Under the pieces are notes generated by a model. It worked only from the letters and a program-made list of their open reading frames with translations, did not search any database and had not been told where the DNA came from. A stretch of 64,000 nt of DNA. Origin: Octopus vulgaris. Lineage: Eukaryota. The position numbers and the translations under genes were made by a program. The DNA lies in contig OX597815.1 of assembly GCA_951406725.2 (NCBI GenBank), positions 102,796,001-102,860,000 of the forward strand, given 5' to 3'. Below, in pieces: positions 40,540 through 52,350 of the stretch. Every line of letters starts with the position of its first letter. Position 1 is the stretch's first letter.

Positions 40540-41297
40540 GAGTGAGAGAGCAGTGCATGCCATAAAAGTTACACTGGGATATAAATATACGAAGCCCAAT
40601 ATACCCATCATAACTACCCGTCTGATATGATAAGGGTACGCTAGGCACATGCATCACAACCTCCTGTGTGCGACATGGTAATTTCATTGCGATATTTCGT
40701 CCGCCGCTGCGTTCTAAGTTCAAATTCCGCCGAGGTCGACCTTGCCTTTCATCCTTTCGAGGTCGATAAATTAAGTACCAGTTACACACTGGGGTCGATG
40801 TAATCGACTTAATACCTATGTCTGTCCTAGTTTGTCTCCTCTGTGTTTAGCCCCTTGTGGGTAATAAAGAAATAGGTAATCTCATATCAAGATAAACAGC
40901 GCATGAGCTTGCAGGTTGGGCTCTGTTAGAATTTTCTTCAGGTCGAGTAGCCCATCCCGCTCAAAATGTCCTTGAATAAGGTTTGTTTAAAGATGAATAA
41001 AATACCCAAGTTTCTAGGGGTGAATTATTCATCCCCAAAGAATTCCTCTCAGCACATAGCTACGATGCACTCCTATTACTTCTGCTCGTGATCTCGTGAT
41101 CACAGATGCACGTACCCTCAGCCACTAAGGGATATGATCAACTGGTTAATTTCAAACAGCTGACAAACAAATCTATTCTATTAAGCAGAATATTTGCTGT
41201 AGCACGTCTTTTATACCAAGACAAAGCAATGTACACGATAACACTCTCAATCAGTTAAGATCAGAAGCCATGAGAGCCACTGGTTCTCTATCAGGGC

Positions 41298-41298
<1 letters not shown>
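40540..41298. mobile_element. ~560-bp non-coding element bounded by (TAA)n on both sides, interrupted by a SINE
   Basis: Sharp boundaries against ATT tracts. No recognisable ORF, TIR or tRNA head. Confidence 0.6.
40688..40874 (+). mobile_element. SINE family 2, 5'-truncated, with an 11-bp TSD
   Basis: GGTAATTTCAT (40677-40687) / GGTAATCTCAT (40875-40885). Confidence 0.9.
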
Positions 41299-41378
<80 letters not shown>

Positions 41379-41386
41379 CATTATTA

Positions 41387-41478
<92 letters not shown>

Positions 41479-41479
<1 letters not shown>

Positions 41480-42072
41480 TAAGTTTGACTTTTGCTTTAT
41501 GTCTGTACAAGTTGGCTCCAAGTCTCACCCAGAGACCTCAAGAGACAACAGGTTATGCTTAGTTGTTGTTATGCTTAGTGTGCCATATATTTGGGTTTTT
41601 TTGGTGTTGTACTAGTGAATGTCTAATACATAAAATAAAAGTTTGTTTTAAACCTTGGGATTACATAGAGAGTATTTTGCGTAGGATATGAGCAGTTCCC
41701 ATGAGCACTATCTTTTGAATTTCTGCCATTTTGGGGTTTCCTGGTATCTGAGTTAGGTAGCAATCAGTTCCTTTCGCTATCATTCCCACGGCACCTATGA
41801 CAACAGGTTTTGTTTTAGTCTTCAGCTTCCACATTTTGCTGAATTTCTATTTCAAGATCTTTATATTTGCTCAGCTTTTGGTAGGTCTTGACAGATACGT
41901 TTATATCGATTGGGACAGTTATATCAATGAGGAGGCATGTTCTTTGACTGAAGTCTTTCAATATGATGTCTGGCCTATTTGCATATATCTTTCTGTCTGT
42001 TTGAATGGTGAAGTTCCAGAGGAGTGAGATGTGGTCATTTTCAAGCACTGGAGGTGGATTGTGTTCCCACCA

Positions 42073-42073
<1 letters not shown>
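41479..42073 (-). mobile_element. Dong-like endonuclease and 3' end in (TAA)n
   Basis: LLWNFTIQTDRKIYANRPDIILKD..LLIDITVP..KLSKYKDLEIEI and PVVIGAVGMI..EIQKIVLMGTAHILRKILSM*. (TAA)n lies on both sides. Confidence 0.92.
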
Positions 42074-42128
<55 letters not shown>

Positions 42129-42199
42129 CATCATCATCATCATCATCATCATCGCCATCGTCGTCGTCGTCGTCATTATTATTATTATTATTATTATTA

Positions 42200-42257
<58 letters not shown>

Positions 42258-42297
42258 CATCATCGTTATTATTATATAATCATCATCATTATTATTA

Positions 42298-42505
42298 AGG
42301 CGGTGAGCTGGCAGAATCGTTAGCGTGCTGGACGAAATGCTTAGCGGTATTTCTTCCGTAGCTACGTTCTGATTTCAAATTCCACCGAGGTCGATTTTGC
42401 CTGTCATCCTTCTGGAGTCGATGAATTAAGTTGAACACTGCTGTCGATGTAATCGACTCATCTCCTCTCCCAAAATTGCTGCACTTGTGACAAAATTTGA
42501 AACCA
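42298..42505 (+). mobile_element. SINE family 2, near full length
   Basis: GGCGGTGAGCTGGCAGAATCGTTAGC...TTCAAATTCCACCGAGGTCGA...TTTGAAACC. Confidence 0.9.
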
Positions 42506-42529
42506 TTGTTATCATGATTATTATTATTA

Positions 42530-42989
42530 TTATGGCCTTCATAATATATAGTCACGGAAATTTAAAGCCTCTTATGTTGGAATAATGGCTGTAATCTTTT
42601 CGGTCTTCTACAGCCCTATGTTTTCATTTTTATTGTTACCATTGCAGTTCTGAGATTGTCTGGGCTGCGCTGATAGTATTTCTGTGTGCATCAATAATTT
42701 TTTAAACTTTAACTTCTTTTGGCAAAAGCAAATATTTGGCAATTTTCTTTGATTGTTTACATGTGGCTGATAAAGAAGCCATCATAACGTTCGACAACGA
42801 GACGCTTTCCATGTCGGAAAAAATGGGGACAAAGATATAGAATGGCTTACACTTAATGACGTCACCGAGGCGAATACTGTTTCGTCTCCAAGTAACGTGA
42901 ACATTTCGATGACAACAACGACAACAACAACAGCTGCAGTGACGACAACGACGACGACAACAACGACAACAGCGATACTAAAGAAATGA
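42530..42989 (+). pseudogene. Possible GPCR-like TM6-TM7-tail remnant
   Basis: RKFKASYVGIMAVIFSVFYSP, IVWAALIVFLCASI and NFFWQKQIFGNFL*LFTCG, followed by a Thr-rich tail. It has frameshifts and stops. Confidence 0.3.
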
Positions 42990-43049
42990 AGCTTAGAAAC
43001 ACTAATATCTCCACTTCTACCGCGCCGCCAAAGCTCTCTCCGCTGCAAT

Positions 43050-44830
43050 TTCTTTTGCGATTGCTGCGAGAAATTTGGAGAATTTCTGCATAGATGAAGA
43101 AGGTTTAAAAATGGCAAAGAAAAATTGCTACAGGGAAAGGGAGAAGGATAGCCCTAAACTCTCCATCCGACGTGATAGGAAGTATTTTGAGATGCATTGA
43201 CACACCGCTGCATCGGAATTAAATCACACTGGGCGGGAAATGTTCCTGAGAGCAGAATACAAAAATACCTTTGGCGCGTGTGGGAACAGATGACCCACAT
43301 CACTCGAAGAAAGAAGTTTGGAACTATTGGGGTAAAATATTTGTGACGGAAGAAGAAGCCAGGTGTTATTCTGCTAACACTTTGAGGAATGAAAATTTCT
43401 TAGTCCCCAGCTATCGCGGCCAACGCCTTGCTAAAGTTAGGGTGTTGAATGGGCAGCCAGAAATACGCATCACCTGGTTAGTGGCAGCCGTCTTGGCAGG
43501 ATTAGAAGACTAAGTGACTATATTGGACAACCCTAACCCTAACACTAACCCTAACCCTAAGCAAAACTTATCAGGTATTGGCATGGAACTGGCCTTACAA
43601 TGTAAGCAGGACCTTATCGACCAGAAGCCCGATCTAATTGATCTCCCGGATGGTACTCACCCGCACGTGATAGTGGAGGGTAGAAAGCCAAGATGTCACA
43701 TATGTGGATCTGTAACTTACTTAAAGGCTTTCTACTCTGAAATAAAAAAAAATCCTTAACTCACACTCATGCCAACACTATAAACACCACAAACGCAAAA
43801 TCATGAGCAATTGCTCAAGACTCCTGAACCTACAACCATACCCACGCACACATCCTCTCCCAAACCAAGACAAAGAAGGAGTCTATCTCCGTTGCCACAG
43901 AAAAGCAAGCTTCTCCTGAACGCCCTTCCTCCCAAACCAATATCAGCTGCAATGACACAGAGAAAGAAGAGCGGAACGGTCAATGGAGAGCAGTGCCAAA
44001 ACGGGGGAGGCGAAAGAGGAGGAGATATATAGCCCTACTTCAAGAAGTCAACATAAACATATACTGAAACTATAACTGTAACACAATTCACAACCACTCC
44101 AACAAAATCAAGAACAAGAACAACAACTTCAAAACAGCAACATCCCCAACAGCATGAAATCACTGAATCACAGAAATACAGGAACAACCAATTACAGAAC
44201 GTTAAAAAAAAGGAGGATTTTTAAAAGATTGTAGACAAAATGCCTCCATCAAATTCATTGCTGTGAATAAGTGCGACAGTGAATTGATGGATTTTGTAAG
44301 TCAAAACAAAAACAAAATAAAGACAGAGGGAAAGGAATTGGAGGATTTCATTTCCAAATCCCCAACAACAGACATTTGATCAAAACGTCGTCAAACGTTT
44401 ATAAAACTATAAGAGAAAAATTCCCATGTAGTGTGAGGATTTAAAAAAAATAAGTTGATAGAAGGCTGTGGGAAGAGCCTTTTAAAAAATTTTTCGCCAG
44501 TAAAGAGGATTAGAACTTCTGGTCTTTTCAAAAATCAAGCTGAGTAATTTCCTATTTCATCTGATTAACATGACTGCCCTGAGAATGGGGTGTGTGAATG
44601 TGCGTGGCTTCGGATCAGCTTGGAAGGAAGGACACTTGTTCTATGATCTCAGGTCACTGATTTAGATGTAGCTGCCATTAATGAAACAAGGATCTCCGGA
44701 AAACATGCTGTAGCATCCATTTTTGAAGACTACAAAGTATTCTCATCTTGTGGTCTATCGGAAGCGTGAGGCAATGTAGCAGTGTTACTCTGGAAAACCT
44801 TAGATCTCCAAGTGCAGGCTACCTCCTTGG
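43050..44830 (+). mobile_element. L1/Tx1-like LINE 5' part (ORF1 plus start of APE endonuclease)
   Basis: ORF1 has VIVEGRKPRCHICGSVTYLKAF (decayed CCHC). ORF2 from ~44570 reads MTALRMGCVNVRGF...DVAAINETR. Confidence 0.7.
43531..43560. repeat. Interstitial telomere-like repeat (CCCTAA)5
   Basis: CCCTAA CCCTAA CACTAA CCCTAA CCCTAA. Confidence 0.9.
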
Positions 44831-44958
44831 ACGACATTGTTGTAAGAATACTAGGAATCAGGTAAGTAGAAGTAGAAGTTATTTGAAAATGATCCCTGGC
44901 TTACCATTCCTGAAAGAAGTGCCAAACAGAAAAGGTAGCAACAAAAATAACAACTACA

Positions 44959-44991
<33 letters not shown>

Positions 44992-44999
44992 GTTAATGA

Positions 45000-45205
45000 T
45001 CCTTTCTATTAAAGGCGCACAGCCTGAACGTTTGGTAGAGGAGATGGTAAATTACATCTATCCAAGTACACGCTTGGTACTTATTTCATCGACCGCATAG
45101 GGATACAATGTATAGTTAACCTCGGCAAAATTTGAATTCAAAACGTAAAGACGACAGGCTAAGTATTCTATCTGGCAGGCTAACGATTCTGCCAGGCCAC
45201 CGTCT
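45000..45205 (-). mobile_element. SINE family 2
   Basis: The reverse complement begins GACGGTGGCCTGGCAGAATCGTTAGC. Confidence 0.8.
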
Positions 45206-45329
45206 AGGCTACACTAAGTATCCATAGGGATCAAATCGATAATAATGGTAAACAGCAGCATCCTCAATTACTATAATAGAATAATAATAAAGATAACGGC
45301 AATAATAATGACGATAATATTAATAGTGG

Positions 45330-48300
45330 TCAACAGTAGAGGAATTGCTCGTATCTTTATTAACCACTTAAGCCTCAATGTTAATATTAATGTAACATAA
45401 AACAATGTTATGGAAAATGAAATCAGTTCACTAAATGGCTTGTCCTACCGTGCATCAGGAAGCACGTTCTTCAGTAGGGATCCCACCTGAGGTCGAAAAG
45501 TCATCCACTGGCACAAACTCTCTTTGGAACATGAACCTAGATAGTCACTTGAACAGGATCTGCTCCAACTCGAGCTCTCCAAGTCCTCCACCACAGCCGC
45601 TACAAGAAAATAAAATGTAAAATTATAAAGTGGAGCCGGGAGGAGAATAAAGTAATATACGCTTATTCATTAGGTTGGCTTCTCCGCAAACTCTTAAAAA
45701 TATACAGAAAGCGAAATCAAGATAGCAGATCCTATTTAGATGAAATCAAGTTAGAAAATGTTAGGAGTGATATCTTCAGTATTAATAGACACACAGAAAC
45801 CGAAATAATTGCGACCAAGCACGCAGTGGAAACTGACCTAAATATAAGGGAAGAAAGTGAAGAAACAGATGAGGAGAGTAACCCGCCACGAGTCTTAATT
45901 GAAAGAACGCCATCTAACCAAATCACGCAAAAGCATAAATAAAGAACAAAATTCTAATGAATCTAATAATGCTTGTCAGGAAAGTATAAAAAAAGACTGT
46001 ATGTGCAGATCACACATCTACTGAAGAATACAGAGACTAAGAGAAACACGGGCAATACATTTGAATGATCTGGCAGTCGTAAGACCTGCAAGTATGAATG
46101 ATAGAGAATCACTTCATAAACTGTCATAACCAAAAAGATAAATTAAAATTGGCAACTATATGACATAGGAAGTAGTACAAGAATAAAAACGTGATCTTAC
46201 TGAGTCAAATGAAATTATTTACGTATCTGTCAAAGCAACTGAAATAAGATGTGTGCCACTAAAGAAAAAAAAAAGGAAACCAAATCTAAAAAGAAATCTA
46301 AACTGGAGGACTAAATTTGAAAAAAGCGAATGAAATAATGAGAGGAGAAATATCAGTATTAAATGAATTAATCGATGGAAAAGATGTAAAATCCAGCAAA
46401 GGAAGAAAAGTGAAGAGATAATATGGATTTTTATAAAGAAACCCAACAAAAAACACTGAAACAGAAAGTCCAAGTAGACGCTCAGAGAGTACGAATATTT
46501 TTGAAAAGAAACAATTTTTACAAGAAAAAAAAAAGCTGTTCACAACCAATGCCAAAATATTGTACAGAAAAAAGGGAGAAAATAACCATTGAAGACCCTT
46601 CCCGCATGGAAGAAGTTGAAAATATTGAGGACAACGTTGGGGAAAAGATTGGAGTAAGGAGAAGAAACACAAGCAAATTAAATTAGACCCACAGAAAGAT
46701 GCTAGCAAAATTTACTAGAACAAGCATGAGAAGATATCTCAGTGGCAGACCTAAAAATGATACTCACAATATCTCATAAGTGGAAATCCCCCGGCCAAGA
46801 TAGGCTCTAAATCTTTGGCTCCCTTTGCTCCCGCGTGCGCACGATAATTTAGTCAAGCTGTTCAATGCAATTATGAGATATCCAAAACACCAGACTGTTT
46901 ACCAAGTGGTATTACTTATTCTCAAAGAAAAATGAAAACAAAGTTCCAATAAACTATCGGCCCAAAATCTGTTTATCCATCACTTATGAAATTTTAACAT
47001 ATATTCTCATGGAGAAAATATGTGCGCTTCTACAATAGAATAGAACAATGCTTTCTCCACTGGATGAAAATGGTGCCATCGCAGCTCACATGGATGCAAA
47101 CATCAACTCATAACTAATTGCAAGATCCTTGGGAACTTTCATAACAAGTCCGGAAGTATCAGCTCTGCATAGATTGATTACAGAAAAGCTTTTGATAGAA
47201 TACTGCATTCCTGGATCCTGAAATTGGTGGGCAACTTCAAAATTTCTCCTGTAATGTCTAACTTCCCGCAGCATTTGTCATTTGGAAAACTAATCTCCAA
47301 CTATATAATTCTAATAGAGTACTAGCTCCAAACAATATTTGCATCAACCGTGGCATCTTACAGGGTGACTCATTTTCACCTATAATTTTTAGTATTGCTC
47401 TTACTAGTGAACTCAACAGAACAGGGTTTGAGTATAATATTGAAGACTAGAAAATAAGAAAAACTATTTTCTATAGATGACTTAAAACACTATAGTAAAG
47501 ACAAGAATGAACTGGAAGGACAATCTCGTACCGTTAAAGCGTTCAATGATGACATCAGGATGTTGTTTGATTCTGGTTAGTGTACCAAGACCAAGACCAA
47601 GATCTCAAATTCAGTCGCGCTATATGTTGATATAGTTATAAAATGACTTGAGCATGAACAAACCTATAAATACATAGGAATAAATGAAGGCTATGGCATT
47701 TAGCATGCAAGCATGGAAGAGATCAAGCAGGAATGTTATAGGAGAGTTCTGAGCGAAATGCACATAACACAGTGTTAGCCATAAATTTCTTTTGGTTCTT
47801 ACTTATACCTTCAATGTATTGAAGTGGAATGACTAAGATAAAAAAATCTGATAGAAAATTTGTAAGATGCTGACTTGTAATATGATGCACCACTCAAAGA
47901 CAAACTTCGATCGTCTTTATCTTCCAAGGGTCCCAGTATGTCGACGCTTGATCCAGTTTAAACTTTCTTACAAAGCAACTACGATTCGAGCGAGTGACCG
48001 AGTATCTTACAACAGCTAATGTCTGGTGATAATCTCGAAAGGCGCAAGAAACTTAACCCTATCTTGAAAGAGAGCAAACAATTTGCTATTGAGTTCATGA
48101 ATGATACCCAGGTTGAACAGCCTGAGGGAAGTGTGGCAACTGTTGTTGCAAAGAAAATAAAATTAATGGAAAAGACCAAATAGCGCAAAGAATTGGCTAA
48201 TAGTGGCAACAGATACCTTTGCATGGCTACGAAGCTCAGAGTTAAAGGCAGAGAGCAAGGGCTTCATCTTCGCTGCTCAAGTCTAAAACTTACTGACCCT

Positions 48301-48400
48301 GAACTACCACGGTGATGAAAATTAGAGTAGATCAGAAAATGATCCCTGGCTTACCATTCCTGCAAGAAGTGCCAAAGATTGTTTTTAACTGGTATGCACC
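45330..48400 (+). mobile_element. Long decayed Dong/R4-clade element with the CCHC/endonuclease region deleted
   Basis: KWKSPGQD, NYRPKICLSITYEILT, GILQGDSFSPIIF, IDDLKHY, YKYIGI, DRLYLPR and LKAESKGFIFAAQ, running directly into KMIPGLPFLQEVPKIV. It is preceded by degenerate (TAA)n. Confidence 0.85.
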
Positions 48401-48816
48401 ATGTATGGAGAAGATCACTGCTGCTGTGAGATCGATAACTTCGCGTGAATTTCTTTTGTTTTTACGTAAATTATTTGATTTTGTAAATGAACAATCTGGT
48501 GTCTTTATTTTAATAGCCTATCAATGTGTACAGGGAGATTCTTTGCCCTGAGTCGGGAAGACACTTGGCAAGACATGGAAACAAATTTAAAGAAAAACTC
48601 ATAACAATATTAATCATAAATATATTTTACTTATCCCTTTATTGTATCAGTCATGCAATACGACATTACTGGCGGAACTACGTCTATGAATTATATTCGA
48701 GCCGTGAGACTCAGTTATTTGAATGGCTAATTATTTTAACTCAAGACTTGGTTTAAACAGTGCTGCCATTTCAAATATAAATACAGACACAGACGTATGT
48801 ACATAGGTACACGCAC

Positions 48817-49690
48817 AGAGTGTTCGGGCTAAATTTTACAGCATAAAGGGAAAAGAAAACATACAATTTCATCCAAAAATAAAAGTATTCAAAGAAAAGA
48901 CAAAAATTATCAAGTAGATTATGTCTGTGAGATAATAGTTTACTCAAAGTAACTGCTCTCAGTTTCCACCACAGCCTCAAGACAGCTCTGCAATCGGTTA
49001 TTTGCGTTGCTCTGTGTTCCTGGGAAGATCTTCGAACACTTCCTTGGTCTTGGCCACCAGTTCCGCCTAGGTGTTGTAGAGAGAGCGGCTGGTCTCCTTC
49101 TCAACTGTACCCTACACATGGTGATGCATGTGATTATAATCGAGGGAATTAGGAGGGCAGACATTGGATCTGGCAAAACTGTTCAAATCCTTCGACAATC
49201 ATTTTTGACCCTACCCAGAAATATGGCAAGGAGCCAAATCCTATTGGAATTCATATAGTATTCCAGCAGCACCCCTCTCAAGCCAGGGATTGAGTGCAGT
49301 CTCCAGCCGCTTTACGGAGCCGTCTGTTCAAAAATGTGGATATGAACACTAGCGTACGGACGCAATCAGAACGCGAGTTGTGTCGCTTCCTGCCAGTCAC
49401 AGGTTCGTTGTCTCCGTTACAGCTGCCCATATCATATCTCACACCAATTACATTATTGAACACCAGTCATAATATCCGGTGCGAATCATCACGATGCAGG
49501 TAACGGATTTCCAATTTCAGATGGATTCGAGTCCTCCATGTCAGCTAACTTTGTCACAACTTCAAATTCAATTTTTATTCTATTCAACACTATTGACTGC
49601 TCACCATTATATCAGTATTTATGTGTGTCTCTTTGTGTGTAGATGAGTGTATACAAAGTTGCACTCTGTAAGAATGTTCATGCGTACCTG
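48817..49690 (-). mobile_element. Internally deleted maT/DD37D-like (Tc1-mariner superfamily) transposon
   Basis: The minus strand reads NVCPPNSLDYNHMHHHV*GTVEKETSR..NT*AELV..LEAVVETESSYFE (WPPxSPDxNPLDY-type C-terminus). Ends are approximate. Confidence 0.65.
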
Positions 49691-49854
49691 TATATACACC
49701 CCACAACACACAAAGAGTCATTTACCCATACACATCTATGGCTAGACATAAGCGTTCTGTGGTCATCACCATACATGTTGGAACGCAGAACATGGATTGT
49801 TGTTATTTCATGAGCTATAATGGCCATATATAACCACTCCTACGCTTATATATA

Positions 49855-50247
49855 GGCACAGGAGTGGCTGTGTGGTAAGTAGCTTGCTTACGAACCACAT
49901 GGTTCCGGGTTCAGCCCCACTACGTGGTACCTTGGGTAAGTGTCTTCTACGTTAGCCTCGGGCCGACCAAAGCCTTGAGAGTGGATTTGGTAGACGGAAA
50001 CTGAAAGAAACCCGTCGCATATATGTAAATATATATATGCATATGTATGTGTTTGTGTGTCTGTGTGTATGTGTTTGTGTGACAACCGATGCTGGTATGT
50101 TTACGTCCCCGTAACTTAGCGGTTCGGCAAATGAGACCGATTGAATATGTACTAGCTTATAAAGAATAAGTCCTGGGGTCGATGTGCTCGACTAAAGGCG
50201 GTGCTCCAGCATGGCCACAGTCAAATGACTAAAACAAGTAAAAGAGT
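49855..50247 (+). mobile_element. Full-length tRNA-derived SINE family 1
   Basis: A-box-like TGGCTGTGTGG (49865) and B-box-like GGTTCAGCCCC (49908). It has a central microsatellite and a GTAAAAGAG tail, and is flanked by TATATA. Confidence 0.92.
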
Positions 50248-51519
50248 ATATATATATTGCAGATAATTTCGTATATAGAAGCATGATTAATATGTATATT
50301 ATAGACCGTCTGTACTAAAACAACATTACAACATTGGAATTTAAAAAAAAATGTTGGAGTTTGACTCTTGGAAAATACTCTGCCCACGCTGACCTCTGTT
50401 CTTTGAAGAAACCAGAAACCGGAGCTGCTATAATAAAATGATAACAACGACAGTTTGAATCATTAGTAAAATGTGACATAAAGTTAAGAAGTTATTTCAT
50501 TTTATATGAGTAAACTGATTTTCGAAGCCTGAGTTTTCTCGAGTTAAAATGACAGCAGTCAGCACTTGATGTTAACAAACAACTAAATGTCAAAAGAGTC
50601 AAAAGTATCGAAATTAGTATTGCCATTTCAATGAGTTAAAGGCTACTGAAGTTCAGATTCATGTGTACACTTTTCTTACTTTTAATTGTATAATAAAATT
50701 TTACGATAAATAAATCTTCATTGCAGATAAAATTGGTAAAAAACGATAGATTTGAATCAAGTATTGAACAGATATTATTTTGTTGTTTTTGTTACTAACT
50801 TCATTAGCATTTATTTGACCCAATAAAACTTTTCTTTACCCACGTAGGCCTAGATGATTTGTGTGTGTTTATGTACGTGTGTACGTGCAAGTGCGCACGT
50901 ACATGTGTGTGTTTGTGTGTATGTTTGTACGAGCAAGTTCGCATATATGTGTGCATGTGCATGCGTGAGTGTGTGTGTGTATTTGTGTGAAAGCCATTGT
51001 CTGGACATATGAATCTCACTAGTGCTGAGTATTGAAGAGTACCAAAAGCATTTGAAAAACGTTTATGTCAATACATATTACATATCAATAAAAAAGATAA
51101 CTTGAATGTGTACACATTTGTTGTTTTATGAGATAATGAGTAAAATAACGTGGTAGTAGTTATGGAGACGCATGAATCTGTTTTATCTTGAGTAATTGAA
51201 AAATATCAAAGGGATAAATCAAACGATTATTATGTCGATACATATACATAACAAGCATAGCTTGAACTAGCTGGAACGTAAGTAAATTATATGTACAGAA
51301 AATATAGAAGTAAAAAAAATTGTTTTATTTTATAATCCATAGATGACTAACAAAGTCACAATACATTATTATTGACAATATATAGCAGTCTTGTAATTTC
51401 TCGCCGATGAACAACTTCGTTTAAGTGCATAATCCGGTCAGTTGCCTACTACATTCAACCACCTATATTATGCAGTTAAGCGAAATCGAATGTAAAAATC
51501 CTCATTCGTTTCAGTTTTG

Positions 51520-52350
51520 TATTGTATTGATAGACAGAGATGGCAAAGAGAATGAACAAATAGAGTTGCTGCAGCTGTTTTTGTAGATATTCAACATTAT
51601 GAGCTCCAGCTTCAAGTCTGTTGCGCTTTTCAAACTCCAGTTGATAGTTACTCTTTCTGATATATGATTTACGTACGATTTTAGTGGTTAAGTAATAAGC
51701 TGTTACTATAAACTCAGAATATCTTCGATCGATCGAGCATTCCTACAAAACAGAGGTGTTTCTCTCAACAAATATTTGTAATCTGAGACGGATCCTTATT
51801 ACCCGGCCAGAAATATATCTGTGAATATTCAAAAGCTGATTTTCTGTGTTATTACACATAGACAAGAGCTATTCAGTATATCCAATCATAATTAAGACTG
51901 CGGAGTGGAGTTTGAATGACGTCTCAGGGGATGTTACATGGGAGGCAAAAAGAGACGTGAAAATTATCTCGTATAACCCGATTCTTATTTATGTGTTGCA
52001 AGGGATATATATCTGAGTCACATTTTCAGGCGCCGGAATTGGTTAACAATACAAGGTGCATTCTAGAACTGTGATACTTTATTAGGAGAGGCACTTTTTA
52101 ATTTCAAAGAAGTACAAAACTCTAATCCCCTTCAAAAGTAGGATCCTCCGACTTCGAACTCTAGTGCTATTTAAATAACAGCCTTAGAAATATTTTAGTA
52201 TATGAATATTCAGTTACCACACCAGAAAAAGTACGTTACTATATATATGCTACTACATCCAAATTTAAATTTAGATATAGAATTATGTACAAGAATTAAA
52301 AACAAAAAAACTCTTTGCACTTCCTTGGCTAAATACAATACAATAGGGCT
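51520..52350 (+). pseudogene. Possible decayed cadherin/protocadherin ectodomain remnant
   Basis: IDRDGKENEQIE (DxDxGxN-like), FQTPVDSYSF and DPPTSNSSAI*IT...YMNIQLP (DxGxPPL / DxNDNxP-like). There are many stops. Confidence 0.25.

Larger units (their letters stand above)
40095..42297. repeat. Four long (ATT)n tracts interleaved with inserted elements
   Basis: Tracts at about 40095-40225, 40440-40539, 41299-41478 and 42074-42297. Confidence 0.95.

Noticed and set aside
49855-49930. tRNA gene candidate
   Set aside because: The A/B boxes belong to a multi-copy SINE head and there is no complete cloverleaf.
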